64,000 nucleotides of DNA from a bacterium (lineage in GTDB: Bacteria; Patescibacteriota; Microgenomatia; Woykebacterales; RBG-16-39-9b): contig JAUYID010000009.1 in assembly GCA_030704665.1 (NCBI GenBank), forward strand, positions 662,462 to 726,461, given 5' to 3'. The notes beneath the pieces were generated by a model. The model searched no databases, was not told the DNA's origin, and worked only from the letters and a program-made list of their open reading frames with translations. A program made the translations under genes and the position numbers. Positions 36,928 through 46,700 of the stretch are shown here, piece after piece. Position 1 is the first letter of the stretch. Every line of letters begins with the position of its first letter.

Positions 36928-38354
36928 TTTATTTCCTTAAGTTTGGCGATAATTTTTTCTCTACTACCCTGTCTTGAAATAAGTAAAAGTTCTTCAGCAA
37001 ATTCCTCTATATCTTCCTTCTCCGTAGAGTAAACCCGGGAAATTTTTTCATGCTCAGTGCCAACCTTCTTTTCATCGTCCTTGTAGAGTGTTTCTGTCAG
37101 TTTTTCCCCTGGGCGCAAGCCGACAAACTTGATTTCAATATCTTTTTCTGGTTCAAAACCAGCCAAGCGAATCACTTCTTTGGCTAAATCAACAATTTTT
37201 ATTTTTTCGCCCATTTCTAGCATAAAGATTTCTCCGCCCTGAGAAGTAGCTGCTGCCTGAAGAACGAGTTGGGCTGCCTCCGGAATGGTCATAAAGTAGC
37301 GCTCGACTTTTGGATCGGTAACTGTCACCGGCCCACCAAGAGCAATTTGTTTGAGAAACAAAGGCACGACACTACCTCGACTGCCGAGAACATTACCGAA
37401 GCGGACGGCACAAAGTTTAGTTTTTTTGTTTCTTTTTTCTCGGTCAAGAGTGAGCAACTCACCAATTCTTTTGGTCAAACCCATGACATTCTCTGGGTAA
37501 ACTGCCTTGTCCGTCGAAACGAAAACAAAACTTTGCCCCGGGTGCTCGTCATTGGCTCTAAGGATGTTTAATACACCACGAACGTTGGTCTCAACCGCAG
37601 CAGCCGGAAAGGCTTCCATCAAAGGAACGTGTTTGTAGGCGGCCGCGTGAAAAACGATTTCCGGTTTGTACTTTTCAAAAACTTCTTGAACTTCTGAAAA
37701 AACTCTGATATCTCCCATCACCGGCAAGACTTGCTCTTCCTTTCCCAAGGCAAGCAACTCCATGTGTAGGTCATAAAGTTCGCTCTCATTTTGATCGAAA
37801 AGAATTATTTTTTTGGGCTTGAAGTTGGCAATTTGTCGGACCATTTCTGAACCAATTGAACCCCCCGCACCAAAGATCAGAACCTTCTTGGCGTTGAGAA
37901 ACTTCGAAATTTTTTCAAAACTTACTTTGACTGGTTCTCGGCCAAGAATGTCTTCTATCTTCACCTCTCGCACCGGACTGACTTTTCTTTTGCCGGTAAT
38001 AATGTCATAAATTCCCGGCAAGATTTTGTAGTCTAAACCCACCTTTTCACAACCTTGGACGATCTTTCTGATTGTTTTTGCCGGAGCCGAAGGAATAGCA
38101 ATCAAAATTTCTTCAACCGCCGGTTTTTCTGTTTTTGTTTTTTCCAAATAGTCCAAGCCACCCAAAACTTCCACACCCTCAACCAAGGCAGCAATTTTTT
38201 TCTTATCATCATCAAGAAAACCACCAACTTCGTAATTTTTCTCTTGATAACGTCTGATTTCTTCCAGAATCAATTTTCCGGCAACACCAGCACCGTAAAT
38301 CAACACCTGCTTTTTTTTGACTTCTTTGGGAAGGTAAATTCTGTTTTGCACCAT
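36924..38354 (-). CDS. UDP-GlcNAc 4,6-dehydratase-type polysaccharide biosynthesis protein (CapD/PglF/WbpM family)
   Basis: 476 aa. An N-terminal CoA-binding-like domain is followed by the VLIFGAGGSIGSEMVRQI dehydratase core. Confidence 0.75.
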   Translation of the reverse strand: MVQNRIYLPKEVKKKQVLIYGAGVAGKLILEEIRRYQEKNYEVGGFLDDDKKKIAALVEGVEVLGGLDYLEKTKTEKPAVEEILIAIPSAPAKTIRKIVQGCEKVGLDYKILPGIYDIITGKRKVSPVREVKIEDILGREPVKVSFEKISKFLNAKKVLIFGAGGSIGSEMVRQIANFKPKKIILFDQNESELYDLHMELLALGKEEQVLPVMGDIRVFSEVQEVFEKYKPEIVFHAAAYKHVPLMEAFPAAAVETNVRGVLNILRANDEHPGQSFVFVSTDKAVYPENVMGLTKRIGELLTLDREKRNKKTKLCAVRFGNVLGSRGSVVPLFLKQIALGGPVTVTDPKVERYFMTIPEAAQLVLQAAATSQGGEIFMLEMGEKIKIVDLAKEVIRLAGFEPEKDIEIKFVGLRPGEKLTETLYKDDEKKVGTEHEKISRVYSTEKEDIEEFAEELLLISRQGSREKIIAKLKEIK

Positions 38355-38357
38355 TTT

Positions 38358-39395
38358 TTATTTTAACTTGTCTTCCTTGAGACGAATTTTTTCAGTTGCT
38401 AAAGTAGCGATACGCAGGGCTTTGAGTGCTTCTTCCGGACTGGCGGCCAAACTTTTTCTTTCCGGATTTTTGATGCTCGCGACAAAATCTTCAAGCTCAG
38501 AGAGCAAGGGTTCTTTGGTTTTGACAGCAATTTTCTTGCTCTTACTCTCCCGAAATTTGCCAACGTAGTCCTCAAAGTCATCAAACTCAGTCGTGTAGCT
38601 AGTATCGAAAACGAACAGTTCTTGGCTGATAAGATTGGCCACCGCATAACCTTTGGTCCCGGTAACATTGAGTTTGCGAATCTTCACCGGGGTGATCCAG
38701 TTGACTTGGATATGACCAGTAATAGCTAGCCCTTGATTATTAATTGGATACTCAAGAAAAATATCCGCGTAATCTTCAAGCTTGCGTAGAATTGCTTTTC
38801 CTCCTGAGGCGTAAACACCTTCCGGACTAGAGTCGAGAAGAAAATTGAGCAGATCAATATCGTGCACTCCGATATCAAAGATAACGTTGGCGTCCTTGAT
38901 CCGAGAGGGAATCGCATTGGCTCGGCGCGCCATGACTGAAACGATTGTCCCCAAACTTCCTTTGCCAATCAACTCTTTGAGTTTCAGAACAGCGGGATTG
39001 AACCTCTCAATGTGGCCAACGCTCAGGACCAAGCCCTTCTCTTTGGCTAGTTTGATCAAAGCCTTGGCCTCATCCACGTTGCTGGCGATTGGTTTTTCCA
39101 CCAAAACGTTGCTTCCTGACTCCAAAGCTTCACTGGCAATTTTTAAATGAAGTTGGGTTGGAACACAAACACTGACCAAATCCGGTTTTTCGTTTTTGAA
39201 AAATTCTTTGTAGTCAGCGTAGTAGCGGGTAGAAAACTTCTTGGCTAGCTGCCGGCCAAGTTTTTTATCAAGATCAACAATCCCTACCAAAGCAACACCA
39301 CCCATCTCCGCGTAATTGCGTACGTGGTGTCGGCCCATGTTGCCAATACCAATCACCCCTGCTTTGAGTTTTCCCGGCTGAAGCTCTCTAGTCAT
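38358..39395 (-). CDS. Gfo/Idh/MocA-family oxidoreductase (WbpB-like UDP-sugar 3-dehydrogenase)
   Basis: 345 aa. KAGVIGIGNMGRHH Rossmann start and an EKP motif. Confidence 0.65.
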   Translation of the reverse strand: MTRELQPGKLKAGVIGIGNMGRHHVRNYAEMGGVALVGIVDLDKKLGRQLAKKFSTRYYADYKEFFKNEKPDLVSVCVPTQLHLKIASEALESGSNVLVEKPIASNVDEAKALIKLAKEKGLVLSVGHIERFNPAVLKLKELIGKGSLGTIVSVMARRANAIPSRIKDANVIFDIGVHDIDLLNFLLDSSPEGVYASGGKAILRKLEDYADIFLEYPINNQGLAITGHIQVNWITPVKIRKLNVTGTKGYAVANLISQELFVFDTSYTTEFDDFEDYVGKFRESKSKKIAVKTKEPLLSELEDFVASIKNPERKSLAASPEEALKALRIATLATEKIRLKEDKLK

Positions 39396-39404
39396 AATGA
39401 AAAC

Positions 39405-40418
39405 CTAACTAATCTTTATTTCTTGGCCACCCTTTTGCAAAGATTGGTCAACGGACGCAAGCAATTTTACTACCAGCAAACCTTGTTCTGCTCCTGAAAT
39501 CGGCTCTTCTCCACTTTGAATACAATCAAGAAAATGTTTGCAAACTCCCTCGAGCGCTTCCTTTGCTTCTGTTCTCGGAATCCAAACGTCGCCAGCGCGA
39601 TAAATTGGGCTGAAAGGAGTTTCTGTGCTGCGCTTCAGTTTGACGCCATAGTCATACACTTTAATCTTCTCACTAGGGTGGATTTGGTCGTAGGCAACCA
39701 TTTTTTTGTCTCCACTGATCAGCATCAAGCGCATTTTGACTGGTGAAAGCCAACTGACATTGATATGGACAAAGAGATCGTCTGGGTAGCGAACTGTCAG
39801 GTAAGCAATCGCTTCTTTGCTATCCCCCGGGTGTTTAAAGCCTTGGGCTGACAAGCTGATTGGTTTTTTGCCGATCAGATGATTAACAATTGAAAAGTCA
39901 TGTGGTGCCAAATCCCAAACGACGTTGATATCTGATTGAAAGAGCCCCAAATTTATTCGAGTTGAGTCGATATAGTGCAGTTGCCCCAGCTCTCCACTAT
40001 CAACCAATTCCTTGATTTTCTCTACCTGTGGACTAAACAAAAAAGTGTGGTCGACCATCAAAGTCAGCTTTTTTCTTTTGGCGATTTCGAGCAGCTCCTC
40101 GGCTTGAGCCACAGTCGCCGTCATTGGTTTCTCGACCAAGACATGTTTGCCTGCTTCTAAAGCTTCTTTGGCTAGTTGAAAGTGACTAGAAACCGGAGTG
40201 GCAATGACGATTGCCTCGATCTCCTTGTCGTTTAACAAGTCTTGATAATTTGTCGTCGTCCTAGCAATTGAAGGAAAATCTCCTTTGATTTTGGCAAGCC
40301 GGTCTTCTGACAAATCAGCTACTGTCTTTACCCGCACCCCCTCTTGTTTGTGGAAATTGCGAATCAGGTTTGGGCCCCAATACCCAAGACCAATAAAACC
40401 AAGAACAATTCTAGACAT
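39405..40418 (-). CDS. Gfo/Idh/MocA-family oxidoreductase (second copy)
   Basis: 337 aa. LGFIGLGYWGPNLIRN ... VLVEKPM. Confidence 0.65.
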   Translation of the reverse strand: MSRIVLGFIGLGYWGPNLIRNFHKQEGVRVKTVADLSEDRLAKIKGDFPSIARTTTNYQDLLNDKEIEAIVIATPVSSHFQLAKEALEAGKHVLVEKPMTATVAQAEELLEIAKRKKLTLMVDHTFLFSPQVEKIKELVDSGELGQLHYIDSTRINLGLFQSDINVVWDLAPHDFSIVNHLIGKKPISLSAQGFKHPGDSKEAIAYLTVRYPDDLFVHINVSWLSPVKMRLMLISGDKKMVAYDQIHPSEKIKVYDYGVKLKRSTETPFSPIYRAGDVWIPRTEAKEALEGVCKHFLDCIQSGEEPISGAEQGLLVVKLLASVDQSLQKGGQEIKIS

Positions 40419-41496
40419 TCTTGATCACCCCAACAATTTTGTCCAAATCATTTTTGGTCAGGCCGGGATGAACTGGCAAAGAAAGAATAGTTTGGTGCAG
40501 CTTTTCAGCTTTGGCCAAATCTCTGTGTTTAGCCCCTGAATAAATTTTTTCCTGGCTCAAAAGTTTTGGATAGTAAATTCTTGCTCCAATTTCCTCAGCT
40601 AGCAATTTTTTTAACAACTGGTCGCGCTCCAAAGGGTAAGGTTTTTCAATCTTGATCGTATACTGGTGGTAGACGTGACGGCTAGCCTGCGGGACAAAAG
40701 GAGTAGTCAGACCAGAAATCTTCGAGAACTGTTTATCAAAATAGGCCGCATTTTCAATTCTCTTTTTGGTGAAGCCCTCTAGTTTTTTAAGCTGTTGTCT
40801 GCCAATAGCGGCCTCTATTTCCGTCATTCTGAAGTTAAAACCGAGGCTATCATGTTGGTACTGCGCGCTCATGCCTTGGTGACGGAAAATTTTGGCTTTT
40901 TCCATCAAAGCTTTGTCGCTCGTGGTAATCATTCCTCCTTCACCGGTAGTCATGTTCTTCGACGGATAAAAAGAAAAAGTTCCAGCGAGACCCCAACTAC
41001 CCGCTTTTTTGTTTTTAATACTCGCTCCATGAGCTTGGGCCGCGTCCTCGATCACCAAAAGACCGTGCTTTTTGGCAAGAGCACCAATTCTTTCCATATC
41101 TGCCATCAGACCATAAATGTGAACTGGCATGATCGCGCGGGTCTTTTTTGTAATTGCTGACTCAATTTTGCTCGGGTCAAGGTTGAAAGTTTTTTCATCA
41201 ATATCAACAAAAACTGGCTCAGCCCCGAGAAAAGAAATTGCGTTGGCGGTGGCAATAAAAGTAAAAGGAGTAGTAATCACCTGGTCACCTCTTTTAATAC
41301 CTGCCGCAGCCAGGGCGACGATCAAAGCCGAAGTCCCGTTCTCGACTGCCACTGCGTATTTCGTCCCAGAGTAGCCTGCAAATTCTTCTTCGAAAGCTTT
41401 GACCTGCTCTCCTTGGACCAAATTGCCACTGCGAATTACTTTGACAACTGCCTCCTCTTCTTCTTTTCCTAGTTCGGGTTTGGAAATATTAATCAT
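40411..41496 (-). CDS. DegT/DnrJ/EryC1/StrS-family PLP-dependent sugar aminotransferase (WbpE/PglE-like)
   Basis: 361 aa. The [14 protein letters not shown] lysine motif and N-terminal pattern. Confidence 0.85.
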   Translation of the reverse strand: MINISKPELGKEEEEAVVKVIRSGNLVQGEQVKAFEEEFAGYSGTKYAVAVENGTSALIVALAAAGIKRGDQVITTPFTFIATANAISFLGAEPVFVDIDEKTFNLDPSKIESAITKKTRAIMPVHIYGLMADMERIGALAKKHGLLVIEDAAQAHGASIKNKKAGSWGLAGTFSFYPSKNMTTGEGGMITTSDKALMEKAKIFRHQGMSAQYQHDSLGFNFRMTEIEAAIGRQQLKKLEGFTKKRIENAAYFDKQFSKISGLTTPFVPQASRHVYHQYTIKIEKPYPLERDQLLKKLLAEEIGARIYYPKLLSQEKIYSGAKHRDLAKAEKLHQTILSLPVHPGLTKNDLDKIVGVIKNV

Positions 41497-42013
41497 TTAC
41501 TTTTTCTCCTTTTTTGTTAACTTTGCCAATCAGTCGAGCGGGGTTACCAACAACCAGACCGAAGTCGGGAACGCCCTTGGTGACGACCGAACCGGCCCCA
41601 ATCATGGCCCACTTACCAATTTTTATACCCGGCAAAATCGTGGCGTTGGCGCCAATTGCGGCCCCGTCCTCAACGATAGTTTCCGAAACAGTCCAATCCG
41701 CACCTGATTTTAAAGTCAAATCCCCATTGACTGCTCGGGGGTGCTTGTCGTTGGTAAAACAAACGTGCGGTCCAATAAAGACTCCGTTGCCTATCTTGAC
41801 TCCTTTGAAAACCGAGGAATCAACTTGCATTTTTACCTTATCCCCGATAGTAACGTCTTGATCAACGAAGACTCCTTTGTGAAGCAGACAATTTTTACCA
41901 ATTTTCGCTCCTTCACGGATTTTGACAAAATTCCAGATCTCGGTTCCCTCACCGATTTCAGCGCTATCAGCGACCTCAGCCGTAGAATGAATTTTTGCTT
42001 TTTCAGCCGACAT
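41489..42013 (-). CDS. Hexapeptide N-acetyltransferase (WbpD/PglD-like UDP-amino-sugar acetyltransferase)
   Basis: 174 aa LbH protein (NPARLIG C-terminal motif). Confidence 0.7.
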   Translation of the reverse strand: MSAEKAKIHSTAEVADSAEIGEGTEIWNFVKIREGAKIGKNCLLHKGVFVDQDVTIGDKVKMQVDSSVFKGVKIGNGVFIGPHVCFTNDKHPRAVNGDLTLKSGADWTVSETIVEDGAAIGANATILPGIKIGKWAMIGAGSVVTKGVPDFGLVVGNPARLIGKVNKKGEKVND

Positions 42014-43352
42014 TGCCGACTCCTTTGTAAATAAAGCCGGCTTTTTTTACTTTTTCTTTATCAAAAAAAGCCCATGCATCAACAATGACTGGCTTGTTCA
42101 AAAGTGCTTTTGTTTCTGCTAGGTCAATTTCTTTATACACATCATGTTTCACCATCAACACCAAAACATCTACGCCTTTTAGGGTTTCCTCAAGTTTTCC
42201 TTGATAGTTCTGAACGAAAGGATCATGGATTTTTATCTCAGCAACGCGTCCTTGCAAACACTCGACCAAAGCTTCGGTAGGTGAGTTTCTAGTATCATCC
42301 GTATTGGCTTTGTAAGCAAAGCCGAGGAGAGCTACCTTGGCTTTTTTGGGATCTATTGTAGCTTGAGCTAAAGCTTCTTCGATCAAAACCGTCATGTTCT
42401 CCGGCATGTAGTCATTAATAGCCCGATTCAAGTTCACTAAATTTGCCACTAGCTCTTTTGCTCTTGACTCTCCGGGAGAAGCCTTAAGCTGCATGATTTT
42501 TAAATAAGGGTCTTTCGGCAGACAGTGGCCACCGACTCCTGGGCCGGGGTTTAAATAAGCGCCCCAGTAGCCAGGGATTTTCCGAATCAGCTTGATAATT
42601 TGGTTGGCATCAACACCGTAGCTTTGACACAGAAGAGCAAAGGCATTGGCCTGGGCAATCAAAGCGTCTCCGAAAGAGTTTTCTTCGGTTTTAGTTACCT
42701 CAGCTGTCAGAGGGTCAACTAAATCCAAATCCCCAGAAGTAATGTTTCGATAAAGCTCCGTCATTGCTTCCGCCGTTTTTGGGCTCGTCCCACCAACCAC
42801 TCTTGGGTAAGTTTTTAGCTGAGCAAAAATGCGTGTTGGCATCAGCCGCTCTGGACAATGACCCACAAAAAAATCTACTTCTAGCTTCATTCCCGACTTT
42901 TCTTCAAGAGTAGGGATGACAATCTGCTTGGTTGTTCCCGGAGCAATCGTCGATTCAACAATGACCAGTGAACCCTTTTGTAAATTTTCACCTACCGAGG
43001 AAAGCGCGCTCCGTAAAGCTTTGTAAGCAGGTAAGTGATCGACCTCTTCAACTGGAGTTTCTACACAAACAATGACAACATCGGCCTCTTTGCTCACCGC
43101 GTAATCATCAGTCGCTAACAGTTTTTTGTTTTTGACAGTTTCTTCAACCAATTGACCGATACCTTCTTCGACTGTATCTAGAGGAGACACACCTTTATTG
43201 ATGAGAGTGATCTTTTCTTTATTTAGATCAATGCCCTTTACGGCAAAACCAGCCTTGGCAAGCAAGCAAGCAACTGGTAGACCTACGTAACCAAGCCCGA
43301 CCACGACTATTTTTGCTTCTTTGTTTTTTATCTTCTGTTTTAGCTTTTCCAT
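42003..43352 (-). CDS. UDP-N-acetyl-D-glucosamine/mannosamine 6-dehydrogenase (WbpA/WecC family nucleotide-sugar dehydrogenase)
   Basis: [13 protein letters not shown] Rossmann fold and the catalytic Cys region GGHCLPKDP. Start set at ATG 43352; the track ORF begins at a GTG 21 codons upstream (43415). Confidence 0.8.
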   Translation of the reverse strand: MEKLKQKIKNKEAKIVVVGLGYVGLPVACLLAKAGFAVKGIDLNKEKITLINKGVSPLDTVEEGIGQLVEETVKNKKLLATDDYAVSKEADVVIVCVETPVEEVDHLPAYKALRSALSSVGENLQKGSLVIVESTIAPGTTKQIVIPTLEEKSGMKLEVDFFVGHCPERLMPTRIFAQLKTYPRVVGGTSPKTAEAMTELYRNITSGDLDLVDPLTAEVTKTEENSFGDALIAQANAFALLCQSYGVDANQIIKLIRKIPGYWGAYLNPGPGVGGHCLPKDPYLKIMQLKASPGESRAKELVANLVNLNRAINDYMPENMTVLIEEALAQATIDPKKAKVALLGFAYKANTDDTRNSPTEALVECLQGRVAEIKIHDPFVQNYQGKLEETLKGVDVLVLMVKHDVYKEIDLAETKALLNKPVIVDAWAFFDKEKVKKAGFIYKGVGNVG

Positions 43353-43468
43353 TTTGGGGTTTTCAGAAACTGATTTTAACACAGGCAAACCTAGCAGACA
43401 AACTAACGCTTGCACAGAAAAATAAAGAGTGGTAGATTTATTACCATAAAACTTTTTTAGGGGGCCTT

Positions 43469-43702
43469 ATGAAAAAACCTTCGACTTTTAATATCAGCTT
43501 ACTTACTCTTACCCTTTTCGCTCTTTTTACCAAACCAGCCCATGCTTACTTGAATCCCGGTACTGGAAGCGTCCTCTTTCAGTTTATGATCATCGGTATC
43601 GCGGGTGGGCTTTTTACTGTCAAAACTTATTGGTCGAGTATTAAAACCTTTTTCTCAAGATTCACTCAGAAAAAAACTGCCACGAAAAATGGCAAAAAAT
43701 AA
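43469..43702 (+). CDS. Small signal-peptide/membrane protein (77 aa)
   Basis: MKKPSTFNISLLTLTLFALFTKPAHA signal peptide plus a second hydrophobic segment. Confidence 0.35.
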   Translation: MKKPSTFNISLLTLTLFALFTKPAHAYLNPGTGSVLFQFMIIGIAGGLFTVKTYWSSIKTFFSRFTQKKTATKNGKK

Positions 43703-45083
43703 TCTTGCCGCCTCTTTTCGAGACCCAAGTGGTTTTCTTTTCAAAATTGACAATACCGTCTACCGACAAATAAATTCTTCTTACCGAGAGCACTTTGATT
43801 TTTTGCTAAAAAGCGGGCTCTATAAAAAATTAACCAGCGAAGGACTTTTAATTCCCCATCAAGAAGCCAACCTTTCTTTGAAACAAACCTCCCGGGCTTA
43901 CAAAATTATTAAACCCACTCAAATTCCGTTCATCTCTTATCCTTACGAGTGGTGTTTTAGCCAGTTGAAGGACTCTGCTTTGGTAACTTTAAAAATTCAG
44001 AAAATCGCTTTGGAACACGGAATGACCCTCAAAGATGCCAGCGCCTTCAATATTCAGTTTTTTGAAGGCAAACCCGTGCTGATTGATACTCTTTCCTTCG
44101 AAAAATACAAAGAAGGTGAACCTTGGGTGGCTTACAAGCAGTTTTGCCAGCATTTTTTGGCTACCTTGGCGCTTATGGCTTATACAGATTTTCGACTCTC
44201 CTCTTTGTTCAAAAATTACATTGACGGAATTCCTCTAGACTTAACTGTTAAACTTCTTCCTTTTAAAGCAAGGCTACGTATTCCACTTTTTTTGCATCTT
44301 TTCATGCACGCCAAGAGCCAAATTAACTACGCCGACAAGCAAGTGAAAAAAGAAGAAATTAAGAAAAGTATTTCAAAAACTTCCCTCCTGGCTCTAATTG
44401 ACAGTTTGGAAAGTGGGGTAAACCTACTAAAATGGAAGCCAGCAGGAACCGAGTGGGGCGACTACTACCCAGAAAACAACAATTATGTTTCTAGCGCACT
44501 AAAACAAAAAACGAATTTGGTGAAGGCTTTCTTAAACAGCCAAAAAACAAACTCTGTTTGGGATTTGGGAGGAAATACAGGCTTGTTTAGTAGACTTGCT
44601 TCTGATCAAAATATCCCCACCGTTTCTTTTGATATTGATCCGGATGCGATTGAAGTTAGTTATGAAACTCTTAAAAATAAAAAAGAGAAGTTCATTCTGC
44701 CTCTGCTGCTTGATCTAACTAATCCCAGTCCGGCTTTAGGCTGGGACAACCAGGAAAGGGACCCTATACTTTACCGAGCCAAGGTTGATACGATCTTCGC
44801 TCTAGCTATAATCCATCATCTGGCAATTTCGAACAATGTCTCTTTAGAAAATTTGGCTTCTCTATTCGCCAAACTTTGTAATAACTTGGTCGTTGAATTT
44901 ATCCCCAAAGAAGATTCTCAAGTTCAAAAACTTCTGGCCACACGAGAAGACATTTTCCCCGACTATACCAAGGAAGGTTTTGAAAAAGCCTTTGCAAACT
45001 TTTTTCTGATTGAAAAGTGCGAACTTATCAAGGCTAGCAAAAGATTTTTGTATTTAATGAGAAAAAATGGCCAAAAAGAATAA
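43689..45083 (+). CDS. Two-domain protein with a C-terminal class I SAM-dependent methyltransferase fold
   Basis: Start at MAKNNLAASF. WDLGGNTGLFS matches motif I (D/E-x-G-x-G-x-G). Confidence 0.5.
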   Translation: MAKNNLAASFRDPSGFLFKIDNTVYRQINSSYREHFDFLLKSGLYKKLTSEGLLIPHQEANLSLKQTSRAYKIIKPTQIPFISYPYEWCFSQLKDSALVTLKIQKIALEHGMTLKDASAFNIQFFEGKPVLIDTLSFEKYKEGEPWVAYKQFCQHFLATLALMAYTDFRLSSLFKNYIDGIPLDLTVKLLPFKARLRIPLFLHLFMHAKSQINYADKQVKKEEIKKSISKTSLLALIDSLESGVNLLKWKPAGTEWGDYYPENNNYVSSALKQKTNLVKAFLNSQKTNSVWDLGGNTGLFSRLASDQNIPTVSFDIDPDAIEVSYETLKNKKEKFILPLLLDLTNPSPALGWDNQERDPILYRAKVDTIFALAIIHHLAISNNVSLENLASLFAKLCNNLVVEFIPKEDSQVQKLLATREDIFPDYTKEGFEKAFANFFLIEKCELIKASKRFLYLMRKNGQKE

Positions 45084-46695
45084 AGTAACTGTAACTTTCT
45101 CAAAAGACTCTCTACTAAATTTCTTCAAAAAGCTGATCCAAGAACCGATCTATTTTTTCTTGTTTGCTCTCTATCCAACTTTATCGCTCTACTCGCAAAA
45201 CATTTCCGAGCTTTTTCCGGAAAAGATTCTTCCTTCACTAATTTTCGTTCCCACTCTAAGTTTAGTAATTTTTTTCCTCCTCTCCAAGCTTTTCAAAAGC
45301 AAAGACAAGGCAGCTCTCCTGGTCCTCTTGGTGCTGGTTTTAGCTTTCAATTATGACTTAGTCAAAACCTCTTTGCCTGATTTCACTTTTAATATCTTTG
45401 GTCTTGCCCTTGGTGCAAACAAAACCCTGGTTCCTCTCTTTGGATTTATTCTTCTTTTTGGTAGCTATTTAATCATCAGAAAAGGTAGTGCCAAGCTGAG
45501 GCAACCTCTAAATTGGTTGGTCATTCTTCTCCTTGTCTTTCCTTTGTTCAAAATCTTTTCTTACGAAGTAGGAACGAAAAGGTTTTTTGGTTTAACAAAA
45601 AGAGAAGTGGTGATTGAAAGCACTGACAAGCTGACCCTACCAAAAGACCCACCAGATGTTTATTACTTCATTTTTGACCGCTACGCTAGCTTTCAAAACC
45701 TCAAGGAGTTCTACAACTATGACAACAAAGAATTAGCTGACTTTCTAACTGAGAAAGGTTTTTATCTCGCCAAGGCCAGTCGCGACAATTATCCAGCTAC
45801 CTTCCTGTCTGTTTCAAGCTCTTTAAACTTAAATTACATCACTTCTCTGGTCAAGGCTTTGCCCAAAGATTCAAATGACCAGACTTTAGTTTATCCTCTC
45901 ATGGCCAACTACAAAGTCGAAAAAGATTTGAGAGCCCTTGGTTATAAATATTTTCATGTGGGCAGCTGGTGGAATCCGACCCGGGCCAACAAAAACGCCG
46001 ACAAAAACTATGTCTTTCGATTGTCCAATTTTGTCAATCTGGACGAGTTTTCTTCCAAACTTTTGGAAACAACCATTTTTTCACCAATCATCCAAAAACT
46101 AAATCGTTTCGATCTTGATGAACCCTACGGAAACTTTGATCACAGAAACAGAATTCTTTTTGGTCTGCAAAGTCTGAAAAAAATTCCCCAAGAGAGGGGA
46201 GGCCCAAAATTCGTTTTTGGTCATATACTTCTTCCACACGCTCCTTATGTTCTCGACCAAAACTGCAAACCAATCAGACCGGAACAGACAAAAAAACACT
46301 CTCCGGTAGTAAATTATCTCAACCACATCAAGTGTGCCAATTCAAATATCAAAGAAATTGTGAACAATATCCTGGCACAGTCGAAAAACTCGATCATCGT
46401 CATCCAGGCTGATGAGGGTCCAACCCCAATTTTGAACAAGGTCAGTCAGCGCTGGGACAAATCAAGCTTGAAGTCCCTGAAAGAAAAAACCGGAATTCTC
46501 AATGCCTACTATTTCCCTGACCAGAATTACAAAAACCTCTACCAGACGATTACCCCGGTCAACACTTTCCGGCTGGTTTTCAATCAGTACTTTGGGGCCA
46601 ATTTTAAAAAATTGGAAGACAAAATTTTCATTTTCGAAAACCCTACCGGAGCTCCGTACAAACTCCACGATCGAACCAAAGAAATTTTTAAATAG
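45067..46695 (+). CDS. Membrane-anchored alkaline-phosphatase-superfamily (sulfatase/phosphotransferase-like) protein
   Basis: 542 aa: an N-terminal multi-TM domain, then a soluble domain with YYFIFDRYAS and HILLPHAPY motifs. Confidence 0.5.
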   Translation: MAKKNKVTVTFSKDSLLNFFKKLIQEPIYFFLFALYPTLSLYSQNISELFPEKILPSLIFVPTLSLVIFFLLSKLFKSKDKAALLVLLVLVLAFNYDLVKTSLPDFTFNIFGLALGANKTLVPLFGFILLFGSYLIIRKGSAKLRQPLNWLVILLLVFPLFKIFSYEVGTKRFFGLTKREVVIESTDKLTLPKDPPDVYYFIFDRYASFQNLKEFYNYDNKELADFLTEKGFYLAKASRDNYPATFLSVSSSLNLNYITSLVKALPKDSNDQTLVYPLMANYKVEKDLRALGYKYFHVGSWWNPTRANKNADKNYVFRLSNFVNLDEFSSKLLETTIFSPIIQKLNRFDLDEPYGNFDHRNRILFGLQSLKKIPQERGGPKFVFGHILLPHAPYVLDQNCKPIRPEQTKKHSPVVNYLNHIKCANSNIKEIVNNILAQSKNSIIVIQADEGPTPILNKVSQRWDKSSLKSLKEKTGILNAYYFPDQNYKNLYQTITPVNTFRLVFNQYFGANFKKLEDKIFIFENPTGAPYKLHDRTKEIFK

Positions 46696-46700
46696 TTTCC

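Noticed and set aside
43353-43415. Upstream 21-codon extension (GTG start) of the UDP-sugar dehydrogenase
   Set aside because: The conserved Rossmann motif would start unusually far from the N-terminus and the extension is not protein-like. I preferred the ATG at 43352.
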